Origin: an uncultured Dehalococcoidia bacterium
GTDB taxonomy: Bacteria; Chloroflexota; Dehalococcoidia; Lucifugimonadales; UBA1127
Direction: 5' to 3'
DNA: 54,845 bases
NCBI GenBank assembly: GCA_964499855.1
Contig: CAZCPU010000001.1
Span: 1-54,845 of the forward strand
Shown here: in pieces, positions 1 through 10,063 of the stretch
Numbering within the stretch: the first letter of the stretch is position 1
Layout: each line of letters starts with the position of its first letter
The notes under the pieces: model-generated
Told to the model about the DNA's origin: nothing
The model's database searches: none
The model's input: only the letters and a program-made list of their open reading frames with translations
Program-made: the position numbers and the translations under genes

Positions 1-2462
1 GTTCAGCAGGCGGCCGGGGACGTAGATGGCCTTGACGACGTCTCGGCCCTCCAGGTGACGTTGCACATTCGATTGAGCGAGGGCGAGCTGTTTGGCGTCG
101 TCCTCGGCGAGGTCAGGGGCGATGGAGAGGCGGTCGCGGACGCGGCCGTCGACCTGGACAACGAGGGTGACGGTCTCCTCCGCCGCGAGGTCGTCGTCCC
201 ACTCCGGGAACGACTGCATGTGGACGCTGTAGCCGTGCCCGAGCCGATCCCAGAGCTCCTCGGACAGGTGGGGCGCGATGGGCGCCAGCAGCACGAGCAT
301 GAAGCGGCGCGCCTCGTTCCACGCTGCGGCGCCGGCGGAGTTGTCCTCCCAAACCCGTTGCATCAGGTTGGTCAGCTCCATCATGGCGGCGATGGCCGTG
401 TTGAACTTGAAGGCGTCCAGGTCCATGTACACCTTGCGCATTGTCTGGTGCAGCTTGCGGCGCAGCTCACGGCTGCCTTCGGAATCGTCGGTGGCGGTCA
501 GACCGGCGGGGTCGCGGCTCCAGATGTCCCACACACGGTTGAACCACCGGGCAATGCCGTTGATACCGCCGTCGCTCCAGTCGCCGCCGCGGTCCCAGGG
601 GCCGACGAACATGAGGTAGGTGCGCACGATGTCCGCGCCGAGGGTGGCGACGTACTCGTCCGGCGCGACGACGTTGCCGCGCGACTTACTCATCTTGGCG
701 CCGTCCGCGATGATGTGGCCCTGGTTGTAGAGCCGCAGGAAGGGCTCGTCGAAGTTGAGGAGGCCGACGTCCCGCAGCGCCTTGGTGAAGAACCGCGCGT
801 ACATGAGGTGCATGACCGCGTGCTCCGCGCCACCGGTGTACTGGTCGACGGGCGCCCAGTCCTCAGCCTGTCCCGGCCCCCATGGCTCCGCGTTGTTCTT
901 GGCGCTCAGGTAACGCAAGAAGTACCAGGACGAGTCGAAGAAGGTGTCCATCGTGTCCGTCTCACGGCGCCCCTCGCCGCCGCACCGCGGGCAGGCGACA
1001 CGCACGAAGGCCTCGTTGCGCGCAAGCGGCGACTCGCCGGTTGGCCGGAAGTCGGCGTCCTCAGGCAGCAGCACAGGAAGGTCGTCCTCCGGAACCGGCA
1101 CCTCGCCGCACGATTGGCAGTGAATGATGGGGATTGGCGTTCCCCAGTAGCGCTGCCGGGACACGAGCCAGTCTCGCAGCCGGTACGTCTGGGTCCGGAC
1201 GCCGCCGCCGCGGGCCTCGAGGAACGCTGCGATGGCGTCCGCGCCCCGGTCGTTGGGCATGCCGTTGAAGTCGGCGGAGTTGACCATCGTTCCGGGTTCG
1301 GTGTAGGCGACATCGAGCGGCTCGTCGCCGCTGGCGCCGGGGGGAGCGATGACGGTGACGATGGGCAGCCCGAACTTAGTCGCAAACTCGAAGTCGCGGG
1401 TGTCGTGGGCGGGGACGCCCATGACGGCGCCGGTGGCGTACCATGCGACGGCGTAGTCGGCCGTCCAGATGGGCACCGGCTGGCCGTTGGCCGGGTTGAT
1501 GCAGTACGTTCCGAGGGGCACACCGGTCTTCTCCCGCTCCGTCGACATGCGCTCGATGTCCGACTTGGCGCGGGCCTCGGCGACATAGGCCTCGACGGTG
1601 GCGCGCTGCTCGGGGGCCGTGAGCGGCCCGACCATCGGGTGCTCGGGGGCCAGCACCAAGAACGTGACGCCGAAGAGCGTGTCGACGCGGGTGGTGAAGA
1701 CCGGCAGCGACTTCTGATCGAGACCGAGATGCGAGATGTCGAAGACGACCTCTGCGCCCTCGCTGCGGCCGATCCAGTTGCGCTGCATCGTCAGGATGCG
1801 CTCGGGCCAGTCCGTGATGCCGGACGAGTCCAGGAGCTGGTCGGCGTAGTCGGTTATGCGCAGGAACCACTGGTCGAGCTCGCGGCGGGTGATGGGGGTG
1901 CCGCACCGCTCGCACGCGCCGTCGAGGACCTGCTCGTTGGCCAGCACCGTCTGGCACGAGGGGCACCAGACGGCCGGCGCGTGGGCGCGATAGGCCAGGC
2001 CTGCCTTGAAGAACTGCAGGAAGAGCCACTGGTTCCACTTGTAGTACTCGGGAAGGCAGCAGATGATCTCGCGATCCCAGTCGTATACCGTGCCCATGGA
2101 GCGGAGCTGGCCGCGCATCTTCTCGATGTTGCCCATCGTCCACTCGTGGGGGTGGACGCCCTGACGGATGGCGGCGTTCTCGGCGGGCAGGCCGAAGGCG
2201 TCGAAGCCCATGGGGTGAAGCACGTTGTAGCCCTGCATCCTGCGAAACCGGGCGTGGGCGTCGGAGGGGGCCATGGCGTACCAGTGGCCGATGTGGACGT
2301 CGCCGGATGGGTAGGGGTACATCGTGAGCTCGTACCACTTTGGGCGGGGGTCATCGTCCCGGACGGTGTGCAGACCGTCGGCCGCCCATCTGGACTGCCA
2401 TTTTCGGTCGATAGCCTGCGGGTCCCACCGGAGCTCCGACTGCCGAGTTCTTTGCTGGGTCA
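1..2462 (-). CDS. leuS: leucyl-tRNA synthetase, N-terminal ~820 codons (C-terminus runs off the window start)
   Basis: My own minus-strand translation from the ATG at 2462 reads MTQQRTRQSELRWDPQAIDRKWQSRWAADGLHTVRDDDPRPKWYELTMYPYPSGDVHIGHWY..., with a later DGAKMSKSRGNVV (the class I HIGH and KMSKS motifs). The frame stays open to position 1, so it is missing from the ORF track. The 55..2517 plus-strand ORF is its antisense shadow. Confidence 0.95.
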
Positions 2463-2477
2463 TGGTCCCTCCGTCCT

Positions 2478-2800
2478 TTTGCGCCGTACTTCACAAAAAA
2501 GACCCGTCCCCATGTAGGGACGGGCTGCATTTGCGTCTCCCGCGGTACCACCCTGATTGCCCACGCGCCCAATCGGGCACGCGACCGCTTGTTGCCGGCG
2601 ATAACGGCGCCACCGTCCGGCCTTGGGAGCCCTCGCGTTTGGGGGAGGCACGCCGATTCACCGGTCAGTCGAGGGACTCGTTGGGGCCGCCGCTCAGGGG
2701 TGAGTTCGCGGGGCTGTCGCTGCCGGCCTCGCACCGTACACCGGCTCGCTGCTGCGACGCATGCCGTTACTGCTCCCCGTCGTCGCGTTTGCGTATTGCA
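2478..2800 (-). promoter_or_regulatory. T-box leader (Leu, specifier CUC) with intrinsic terminator, controlling leuS
   Basis: The minus strand contains AAUCAGGGUGGUACCGCGGGAG (the T-box consensus, plus coordinates ~2538-2557). It is followed by the hairpin CAGCCCGUCCC-UACAUGG-GGACGGGU plus UUUUUU (2495-2527). Stem I starts GCGACGACGGGGAGCAGUA, and the specifier loop reads GAA-CUC-A (CUC at 2702-2704). Confidence 0.8.
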
Positions 2801-2804
2801 ATAG

Positions 2805-2834
2805 AACGTAGCATCGGCCAGCTGGAGGTGTCAA
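2805..2834 (-). promoter_or_regulatory. candidate sigma70-type promoter for the leuS T-box leader
   Basis: The minus strand reads TTGACA (2834-2829), an 18 nt spacer, then TACGTT (2810-2805). Confidence 0.4.
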
Positions 2835-2905
2835 CTTGAAGAGCTGCCCGTCCCCCGGGGTGGGGCATTTGACCGAGCCATATTGAAATACACCGCACAC
2901 GAATA

Positions 2906-2934
2906 TTGCAGGCCATGCCCAGTTCTGCTAAAAT
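2906..2934 (+). promoter_or_regulatory. candidate promoter of the nusA operon
   Basis: TTGCAG (2906-2911), a 17 nt spacer, then TAAAAT (2929-2934), about 90 nt upstream of nusA. Confidence 0.4.
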
Positions 2935-2965
2935 CCTGCCCAAGAGCACATGCTCGATATACTTG

Positions 2966-2994
2966 AAAAGTGGGCTCGACCCACTTTTTTCTTT
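2966..2994 (+). terminator. terminator-like hairpin in the nusA 5' leader (possible attenuator)
   Basis: AAAAGUGGG-CUCGA-CCCACUUUUUUCUUU. The stem is short, is extended by A/U pairs, and is followed by a U-tract. It lies between the candidate promoter and the nusA start. Confidence 0.4.
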
Positions 2995-3024
2995 GATATA
3001 GGCCTGTAGGGGGAGGTCAGGGGA

Positions 3025-4650
3025 ATGAAGAGCGACTTTTTCATCGCTGTGACCCAACTGGCCGCAGAGCGGGGCTTGCCCCGTGACACAGTCCTTGGCG
3101 TGGTTGAGGCGGCGTTGGTCTCCGCATACCGCAAGGAGGGCGTCGGCGCGGGCCACGACCTCTCGGTGCGGCTGGACCCGGGCGATGGCGAGGTCTCCGT
3201 CTACATCCTGAAGCGCGTCGTGAAGACCGCGGCCGAGATCGAGGACGACCGCCGGGAAATCACACTGCGCGAGGCCAAGAAGATCAAGTCGGACGCCGCC
3301 GTCGATGACGTGATCGAGATCGTGGCGGACTTCGCCACGGCGGGGCGCATCGCGGCGCAGACGGCGAAGCAGGTCGTGCTGCAGCGACTGCGCGAGGCCG
3401 AGCGCGAGCTGGTCCTCGCCGAGTACACGAGCCGTGTTGGCGAGATCATCGCCGGGCGCATCGAGCGGGTGGAGCCGCACCAGGTCGTGGTGAACCTCGG
3501 CCGCGCGGACGCCCTGATGCCCCGCGACGAGGAGGTCCCCAGCGAGCGCTACCGCCCGAACACGACGCTGCAATTCTACCTCTCGGAGGTGGCCGAGAGC
3601 AGCCGCGGGCCGGAGCTCATCCTGTCGCGGGCCCACCGGAACCTGGTGCGCCGACTTTTCGAGCGCGAGGTGCCGGAGGTCTACAAGGGCGTGGTCGAGA
3701 TCAAGGCCATCGCCCGGGAGCCCGGCTCCCGCACCAAGGTCGCAGTGGTTGCCCGGCAGGAGGGCGTCGACCCCGTCGGCTCCTGCGTCGGCCTGCGGGG
3801 CTTTCGCATCCAGAACATCGTGAACGAGCTGCAGGGCGAGAAGATCGACGTCCTGCCGTACAGCGACGACATGCGCGACTTCCTCGCGAACGCCCTCAGC
3901 CCGGCGCAGGTGATCAAGGTCGAGCTGGAGCAGGAGGAGAAGTCGGCGCTGATCGTCGTGCCGGACCGGCACCTCTCGCTCGCCATCGGCCGCGAGGGCC
4001 AGAATGCGCGACTCGCCGCCAAGCTGACGGGCTGGCGCATCGACATCCGGAGCGAGTCGGAGTTCGCACTGGCCGCCGAGGAGGCCGCCGCAGCGGCGGA
4101 GGCCGAGGCTGCCGCTGCCGCGGAAGCGGCGGCAGCGGAGGCTGTGGCAATTCTCGAGGCCGACCTGCCCGCGGCCGTGGCCCTGGTAGAGGCGGAGAAC
4201 GCTGAGGCCGCGACGGCCGAAGTGGCCGCCGAGGTGGAGGAAGTTACAGCAGAGGCTCAGGAGGAAGAGGCCCCGGTTGCCGAGGTCATCGAGGAACCCG
4301 TGGCCGAAGTGGAAGCGGTCGTCGAGGAGGCCCCGGAGCCGGAGCCCGTCGTACTGGTCGACGAGGACGCCGAGCTGGAGGAGTTGCTGCGGCTGGAGGC
4401 CGAGGAGGCCGCCGCGGAAGCGGAAGAAGAAGAGCGCGAACCGGAGCCGGCGGGCATCTCCGTTGACGACGAATCCATCTGGGTGCTGCCGGAGACCATT
4501 CGCAGCCCCTCCGTGCTGCGGTTCGCAGAGGACATCATGCCGTCAGAGCGCGGACGCTCGCGCAACGAGCGCGACCGCCGCCCTGACCCGAACGCCCCTG
4601 TCGCGGCGGAGAACAGGCCGCGCGCGAAGAAGGGCAAGCGGTCTCGGTAA
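3025..4650 (+). CDS. nusA: transcription termination/antitermination factor NusA with a long Ala/Glu-rich C-terminal tail
   Basis: The N-terminus [37 protein letters not shown] is followed by S1 and KH regions ([35 protein letters not shown]). A GGGAGG Shine-Dalgarno (SD) sequence lies upstream, and the gene heads the nusA-infB operon. Confidence 0.95.
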   Translation: MKSDFFIAVTQLAAERGLPRDTVLGVVEAALVSAYRKEGVGAGHDLSVRLDPGDGEVSVYILKRVVKTAAEIEDDRREITLREAKKIKSDAAVDDVIEIVADFATAGRIAAQTAKQVVLQRLREAERELVLAEYTSRVGEIIAGRIERVEPHQVVVNLGRADALMPRDEEVPSERYRPNTTLQFYLSEVAESSRGPELILSRAHRNLVRRLFEREVPEVYKGVVEIKAIAREPGSRTKVAVVARQEGVDPVGSCVGLRGFRIQNIVNELQGEKIDVLPYSDDMRDFLANALSPAQVIKVELEQEEKSALIVVPDRHLSLAIGREGQNARLAAKLTGWRIDIRSESEFALAAEEAAAAAEAEAAAAAEAAAAEAVAILEADLPAAVALVEAENAEAATAEVAAEVEEVTAEAQEEEAPVAEVIEEPVAEVEAVVEEAPEPEPVVLVDEDAELEELLRLEAEEAAAEAEEEEREPEPAGISVDDESIWVLPETIRSPSVLRFAEDIMPSERGRSRNERDRRPDPNAPVAAENRPRAKKGKRSR

Positions 4651-4747
4651 TCTGAGCAATCGCACGTTGAGGGGGCGCTTCACGAGAAGCGGCCCACCAT
4701 TCGAACACCAAAGGGGGGGACGGATCCCGGAAGGGCAGGTGCCGACG

Positions 4748-5041
4748 ATGACGCCGAGACGCATTCCCATGCGGACCTGCTGCGGCTGCGGCAGGAAGAG
4801 CGGGAAGCGGGCGATGGTGCGCATCGTGAGGCAACCGGACGGCAGTGTCGCCGTCGACCCCAGCGGCCGGGCGTCCGGCAGGGGCGCCTACCTTTGCGAG
4901 GACCCTGCTTGTTGGGAGTTGGGTCTGGGCCGGAACAGGCTTGAGCGCACACTCAAGGTCACCATTCCGCCGGAACAACGTTTCGCCCTGCTGGCCTACG
5001 CGGGGGAACAGAGCGCAGACTGGGTAGGCGAGGAGGACTGA
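4748..5041 (+). CDS. ylxR: YlxR/RnpM family (DUF448) RNA-binding protein
   Basis: [27 protein letters not shown]...GRGAYLC matches the family pattern. The gene sits between nusA and infB. I chose an internal ATG within the 4277..5041 ORF. Confidence 0.8.
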   Translation: MTPRRIPMRTCCGCGRKSGKRAMVRIVRQPDGSVAVDPSGRASGRGAYLCEDPACWELGLGRNRLERTLKVTIPPEQRFALLAYAGEQSADWVGEED

Positions 5042-5042
5042 T

Positions 5043-6881
5043 ATGGCACGGAGATCGTTCAGACCGAACAGACCAACGCGACGGAGAGGGCCCCGCAGGG
5101 GACCGGGCGCCGCGGCCATGACCCTTGACGCGCCGGACCTCAATACGGTGCTGGAACTTCCGCCGGCCATCATGGTCAGCCAGCTGGCGGAAGTCATGCA
5201 TGCCAACCCCATCGACATAATCAAGAACCTCATGCGAACCGGCGTGATGGCCACCGTCAACGAGGTCCTCGACTTCGAGACCGCGGCGACCGTGGCGACG
5301 ACCATGGGCCACCGCGTGCGGAAGCTGGAGGACGTGCCCGTCGCCGAGTTGGAGGACCCGCTCAAGCCGCCAGACGACGACCCGGAGGACCTGGAGCCGC
5401 GCGCTCCCGTCGTGACCATCCTGGGCCACGTCGACCACGGCAAGACGACGCTGCTCGACGCCATCCGCAACACCAACGTCGTCGACCGCGAGGTGGGCGG
5501 CATCACGCAGCATATCGGCGCGTACCAGGTAGAGACCCACGACAACAAACTGACTTTCCTGGACACCCCCGGCCACGAGGCGTTCACGTCGATGCGAGCC
5601 CGTGGCGCCCACGCCACGGACGTAGCCATCCTCGTCGTCGCGGCGGACGACGGCGTCATGCCGCAGACCACCGAGGCGGTGGACCACGCCAAGGCGGCAG
5701 GGGTCCCAATCGTCGTCGCCATCAACAAGATGGACCGCCCGGACGCCGACCCGGACCGCGTGAAGCGGCAGCTGGCCGAGCAGGGACTGCTCCCGGAGGA
5801 CTGGGGCGGCGAAACGATCATGGTCCCGGTATCGGCCAAATCGGGCGACGGCCTGAACGACCTGCTGGAGAACCTGCTCGTGGTGACGGAGGTGCAGGAG
5901 CTGCGTGCCAACCCCAACCGCGCGGCCTCGGGAGTGGTTGTCGAGGCGCAACTGGACAAGAGCAAGGGCCCGCTGGCCACCGTGCTCGTGCAGCAGGGAA
6001 CGCTGCACGTCGGCGACAACCTCGTCGTCGGCGACACCTTCGGCCGGGTCAAGGCGATGATCGCCGACACGGGCCGACGCATTCGGGAGGCAGGGCCGTC
6101 GACCCCGGTTGAGGTGCTCGGCCTCTCGCAGCTGCCGCTGGCCGGCGACCCCTTCCTAGTCACAGCGGACGAGCGCACGGCGCGCAGCCTGCTGGAAACG
6201 CGGAAGCGGCGACGGGAGGCGCAGGCCACCAGCGGCATGTCCATGGAAGAGGTCTCGTCGCGCATCCAGAGCGGGGAAATGAAGGAGCTGCTCATCATCC
6301 TGAAGTGCGACGTGCAAGGAAGCATCGAGGCGGTCCGGAGCACGATCATGAAGTCCCGCAATGACGAGGTTACGGTGCGCATCCTCCACGCCGCCGCGGG
6401 GACCATCACCGAGAGCGACATACTCCTCGCAAGCGCCTCCGACGCCATCGTCCTCGGCTTCAACACCCGCGTGGAGCCCGGCGCACGGTCGCTCGCCGAG
6501 CAAAACCGCGTGCAAATCCGCCTTTACGACATCATCTACCAGCTCGCGGACGACGTTGAGCGGGCACTGCAGGGCATGCTGACGCCGGAGGACCGGGAAG
6601 TCACCGACGGCCACGCCGAGGTGCGCGCCATCTTCAGCCTAGGCCGCCGCAATCGCATCGCAGGGTGCCACGTGCTCGACGGCCGCATCACCCGCAACGT
6701 GCAGATGCGCGTCTTCCGGAACGGTGAGTTGATCCACACCGGCCCCATCGCCAGCCTAAAGCGGTTCAAGGACGACGTCAGGGAGGTCACGGCGGGCTTT
6801 GAATGCGGCATCGGCGTGGACGGGTTCATGGACTTCGAGGAAGGGGACACCCTGGAGGCATTCCACATCGAGCGCGGTTAG
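5043..6881 (+). CDS. infB: translation initiation factor IF-2 (short N-terminal form)
   Basis: The GTPase motifs [20 protein letters not shown] and NKMD are present, and the operon context fits. Confidence 0.95.
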   Translation: MARRSFRPNRPTRRRGPRRGPGAAAMTLDAPDLNTVLELPPAIMVSQLAEVMHANPIDIIKNLMRTGVMATVNEVLDFETAATVATTMGHRVRKLEDVPVAELEDPLKPPDDDPEDLEPRAPVVTILGHVDHGKTTLLDAIRNTNVVDREVGGITQHIGAYQVETHDNKLTFLDTPGHEAFTSMRARGAHATDVAILVVAADDGVMPQTTEAVDHAKAAGVPIVVAINKMDRPDADPDRVKRQLAEQGLLPEDWGGETIMVPVSAKSGDGLNDLLENLLVVTEVQELRANPNRAASGVVVEAQLDKSKGPLATVLVQQGTLHVGDNLVVGDTFGRVKAMIADTGRRIREAGPSTPVEVLGLSQLPLAGDPFLVTADERTARSLLETRKRRREAQATSGMSMEEVSSRIQSGEMKELLIILKCDVQGSIEAVRSTIMKSRNDEVTVRILHAAAGTITESDILLASASDAIVLGFNTRVEPGARSLAEQNRVQIRLYDIIYQLADDVERALQGMLTPEDREVTDGHAEVRAIFSLGRRNRIAGCHVLDGRITRNVQMRVFRNGELIHTGPIASLKRFKDDVREVTAGFECGIGVDGFMDFEEGDTLEAFHIERG

Positions 6882-6926
6882 GCGTGAGTCCGGCCGGCCA
6901 CATTCCAAAACCAGGAGACCCCAGCC

Positions 6927-7298
6927 ATGAGCCGCCGTATGGGCCGCGTCAATGAGCTAATTCGTGAGGAGCTGAGCTCGCTCTTGCTCCTCGAGTTGAA
7001 GGACCCCCGCGTCGCCGCGCTGACGACGGTGACGCACGTCGAGACATCGTCCGACCTGGAACATGCGCGAGTGTACGTCAGCGTGATGGGCTCCGAGGAG
7101 GAGCAGGCGGGCGCCATGAAAGGGCTTCGGTCAGCCGAGGGCTTCCTGCGCAAGAGCCTTGCCGGCCGCGTGAAGATGCGCAGGGTGCCCGCATTGAGCT
7201 TTGCGCTAGACAGCTCGATGGAATGGGGCGCGCAGATGCTGGAACTCATAGACCGCGTGGCTGACGGTCATGGGGCCCATCAGGAACGGAGACTATGA
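6927..7298 (+). CDS. rbfA: ribosome-binding factor A
   Basis: MSRRMGRVNELIREELSSLLLLELKDPRV... matches the RbfA pattern, and the gene lies downstream of infB. Confidence 0.9.
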   Translation: MSRRMGRVNELIREELSSLLLLELKDPRVAALTTVTHVETSSDLEHARVYVSVMGSEEEQAGAMKGLRSAEGFLRKSLAGRVKMRRVPALSFALDSSMEWGAQMLELIDRVADGHGAHQERRL

Positions 7299-8239
7299 CC
7301 GTCAACGGTGTGCTGAACCTGTACAAGCCCTCCGGCGAGACCTCAATGGACATGGTGCGCATGATCAAGCGGCTCACCGGCCAGAAGAAGGTGGGCCACG
7401 GCGGGACCCTGGACCCCATCGCCAGCGGGGTGCTGCCCATCTGCTTCGGGCAGGCGACCAGGCTCATGGACCCGCTCGTCGACGGTGTGAAGCGCTACCA
7501 CACCCGCGTACGCCTCGGCGAGACGACCGACACGTACGACTCGGACGGCACGGTCACCGCAACCGCCGACGCCTCGGGCGTTACCCGCGACGACGTCGAG
7601 GCTGCCCTCGATGCCTTCCGCGGGGTCATCCAGCAGGTACCGCCCATGTACAGCGCACTGAAGCAGGGGGGAGAGCGTCTCTACGACCTCGCCCGTGCCG
7701 GATTCGACGTGAAGCGCGAGGCCCGTGAGGTCGTCGTACACAGCCTGGCACTAGAGGCGTACGAGCCACCGGACGTCGTGCTGGACATTGTCTGCGGCCG
7801 CGGCGTATACGTGCGGTCGCTGGGCCACGACCTAGGAGCAGCGCTCGGCTGCGGCGGGCACGTCGTCGAGCTCGAGCGGCGCGGGGCGGGCCCCTTCACC
7901 TCCGACGACGCCGTCACGCCGGAGCGGTTCAGGGAGGCCGTAGAGGCCGGGACGTGGATGGACCTCGTCCACCCGCCGGACATCGTGGTGTCCAACCTGC
8001 CGGCGGGGACGGTCGCCGGCGCGCTGGAGACCTTCGTCAAGTCGGGGCGATCGGTTGTGCTAGGCGGGCGCGAGGGCATGGAGGCCCCGCGCCACGGCGA
8101 TCTCTGGCGCGTTTACGGCCACGACGGACGATTCATCGCCCTCGCCAGGTACGATCAGCCGACCGGCCAGTGGCGCCCGGAAAAGGTGTTCGACGGCGGA
8201 CAGCAGGGCGGCCGCAGGGGCGCCACGGCGCGCTCGTAG
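7295..8239 (+). CDS. truB: tRNA pseudouridine(55) synthase
   Basis: GVLNLYKPSGETS and HGGTLDPIASGVLPI (catalytic Asp motif) are present. The start overlaps the rbfA stop by 4 nt. Confidence 0.95.
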   Translation: MTVNGVLNLYKPSGETSMDMVRMIKRLTGQKKVGHGGTLDPIASGVLPICFGQATRLMDPLVDGVKRYHTRVRLGETTDTYDSDGTVTATADASGVTRDDVEAALDAFRGVIQQVPPMYSALKQGGERLYDLARAGFDVKREAREVVVHSLALEAYEPPDVVLDIVCGRGVYVRSLGHDLGAALGCGGHVVELERRGAGPFTSDDAVTPERFREAVEAGTWMDLVHPPDIVVSNLPAGTVAGALETFVKSGRSVVLGGREGMEAPRHGDLWRVYGHDGRFIALARYDQPTGQWRPEKVFDGGQQGGRRGATARS

Positions 8240-8517
8240 GCCAAGGGCTCCTCGTTCCGGCGCAGGCAACGGCACCGACCAACCCGGGAGCGCGGGGAGT
8301 ACCCGACTCCGACCGCGGCCAATCACTTTCGTCGAACTTGCTCTTTCTCAGGGCAGGCCATTTGCGTTACGACGAACACGCGCGGGGTTGACCTGAATGC
8401 GACCGGCTGTCCTGCCGGCCCAAGGGCTGGAGGAGCCTTCGATCGAGGGGACTGCGCGGCCACGATTGCCAACATTCTTCAACCAGATACTAGAATTGCG
8501 CGCATTCGGGAAGATTA

Positions 8518-8526
8518 TGGTAGAAT
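8518..8526 (+). promoter_or_regulatory. candidate extended -10 promoter element for the 8555 gene
   Basis: TGG-TAGAAT at 8518-8526. A second TAGAAT lies at 8491-8496. No convincing -35 element was found. Confidence 0.3.
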
Positions 8527-8554
8527 CCTCCAAACTCCTCGTAGGAGGGAAATC

Positions 8555-9529
8555 GTGCTACCTGATATTTCGAAGGCAACCAACCCGAGGCGCCACCGCC
8601 GCGAGGGTCCCAATGCGGACACGGAGGGCGCGCAGGAGTTCCAGCGGCAGTATCCGGTTGAGGCGCGAAGGTACAACTGGATCCAGAACCAGGTCCTGTG
8701 GCCCCTGCGCCATGCAGACGTCAATCCGATCAAGATGGACCTGGGCACTCCCGAGGAATTGACCGAGCACATCAAGAACTACGTTCTCGAGGTCGGCGCG
8801 GACGACGTGGGGATCGCGGAGATGGACCCCAACTTCGTGTTCCAGGACGCCGAGATGCCCGCGCATACGCGAGTCATCGCCTTCGGCGTCGCCATGAAGT
8901 ACGACATGATGTCGGACATCGGCGCGAACTCGCAACGCGAGGTCCACCGCGTGTACTTCAAGATGCTGGACATCGGCGTCCGGGTCGCGCAGTACATCGG
9001 CGGCTTCGGGTACAACGCGACTGCGCACCCAAACGGCGGTGAGCTGGCGCACATTCCCTTCTCCTACCTGGCCGGCCTGGGCGAGCTGGGCAAGCACGGC
9101 TCCCTTATCAGCCCGAAGTTCGGCTCTTCCTGGCGGCTGGCGCTGGTGTCGACGGACCTGCCGCTGCTGGTGGACGGCCCGCAGGACTACGGCATCGACG
9201 CCATGTGCGACCGGTGCAACGTCTGCACCCGGTTCTGCCCCGGCGACGCGATCCACCCGGAGAAGAAGGAAGTGAACGGGGTCCTGCGTTACCACGTGGA
9301 CACTCCCGCGTGTGAGCCGTACTTCCAGCGGCTCTGGGGCTGCAAGATCTGCCTGATGGTCTGCCCGTTCAACGGCCGCAGCGTGTTCAAGGAAGGGTAC
9401 CGCAACATCGCCAAGGACCTGGCGCAGGCGAAGGACTATCACGGCTACCTGCCGATGCTGGCGGCCAACACGCCAAACGCGGACAGCAACCTTGTCCTCT
9501 CCAAGTACATGACCTCTGACGAATCGTAG
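8555..9529 (+). CDS. QueG/reductive-dehalogenase-superfamily 4Fe-4S protein
   Basis: Two ferredoxin-type cluster motifs are present: CDRCNVCTRFCP and CKICLMVCP. The start is GTG, preceded by an AGGAGG SD. No obvious signal peptide was seen. Confidence 0.6.
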   Translation: MLPDISKATNPRRHRREGPNADTEGAQEFQRQYPVEARRYNWIQNQVLWPLRHADVNPIKMDLGTPEELTEHIKNYVLEVGADDVGIAEMDPNFVFQDAEMPAHTRVIAFGVAMKYDMMSDIGANSQREVHRVYFKMLDIGVRVAQYIGGFGYNATAHPNGGELAHIPFSYLAGLGELGKHGSLISPKFGSSWRLALVSTDLPLLVDGPQDYGIDAMCDRCNVCTRFCPGDAIHPEKKEVNGVLRYHVDTPACEPYFQRLWGCKICLMVCPFNGRSVFKEGYRNIAKDLAQAKDYHGYLPMLAANTPNADSNLVLSKYMTSDES

Positions 9530-9552
9530 CAGGACCAGTTCGAGCAACACAC

Positions 9553-9594
9553 GTGGGGCAGCCCAACCGCTTCGGCGGCCAAAGGCTGCCCCAC
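9553..9594 (+). terminator. strong stem-loop after the 8555..9529 gene (terminator-like, no U-tract)
   Basis: GTGGGGCAGCC (9553-9563) pairs perfectly with GGCTGCCCCAC (9584-9594), and an inner CCGC-TTCG-GCGG hairpin sits inside the loop. Confidence 0.5.
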
Positions 9595-9598
9595 TGGC

Positions 9599-10063
9599 GT
9601 GACTGGAAGGAATGCGCAGCACGAGCCAAGTGAGGATCACGGATTGAGAATACCCCGCGTCCCCTTGGTGTCGGCCGCGATAGCCCACGCGCTCACGTGG
9701 GCTATCGCCCTGTTCCTGCTGTTCGTGCTCACCTACGAGACGGAGTCAGTCGAGGCGACGCTCCCGGGCGAGGAGCCGGGGGAAGCGGTGAGCAGCACGG
9801 AGACATTTGTAGACGTCAACGGCCTGTACGGCATATCTGTCGTGCTTGCGCCCGTTGCGTTGAGCGGCATCGCGGTGCTTGGGCAGTTTGTCTACCGCGA
9901 CCACCTGTTCCGTCGAATGGCCGCGCTGTGGCTCCCACTCATCGCAATTCTTGCGCTGTGCTTCGCAGCGATATACACCATCGGCGTGCTATACATACCC
10001 TCGGCCATCGCACTTTTTGTCGCGGCCCTAGCCGACCTCGCGCATCGTCCGGAGGAAGTGTGA
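9599..10063 (+). CDS. hypothetical multi-pass membrane protein (start uncertain)
   Basis: Hydrophobic segments include AIAHALTWAIALFLLFVL, ISVVLAPVALSGIAVLGQFV and AALWLPLIAILALCFAAIYTIGVLYI. Alternative in-frame starts are TTG at 9644 and GTG at 9668. Confidence 0.5.
   Translation: MTGRNAQHEPSEDHGLRIPRVPLVSAAIAHALTWAIALFLLFVLTYETESVEATLPGEEPGEAVSSTETFVDVNGLYGISVVLAPVALSGIAVLGQFVYRDHLFRRMAALWLPLIAILALCFAAIYTIGVLYIPSAIALFVAALADLAHRPEEV

Noticed and set aside
55-2517. 820 aa plus-strand ORF, plus nested ORFs at 906..1586, 1376..2338 and 1854..2354
   Set aside because: The 820 aa ORF is an antisense shadow of leuS, and the nested minus-strand ORFs are out-of-frame shadows of it. The translations are low-complexity Arg/Ala/Gly/Val-rich strings with no motifs. 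The minus-strand leuS frame carries the HIGH and KMSKS motifs.
2767-3972. 401 aa minus-strand ORF overlapping nusA
   Set aside because: It is antisense to a clearly recognisable nusA, has typical high-GC shadow composition, and would run through the nusA promoter and leader.
4535-6466. 643 aa minus-strand ORF
   Set aside because: It is antisense to ylxR and infB. It is Ser/Arg/Thr/Ala-rich with no motifs, while infB on the plus strand has complete GTPase motifs.
8558-9688. 376 aa minus-strand ORF
   Set aside because: It is antisense to the Fe-S protein gene, whose plus frame carries two CxxCxxCxxxCP-type motifs.
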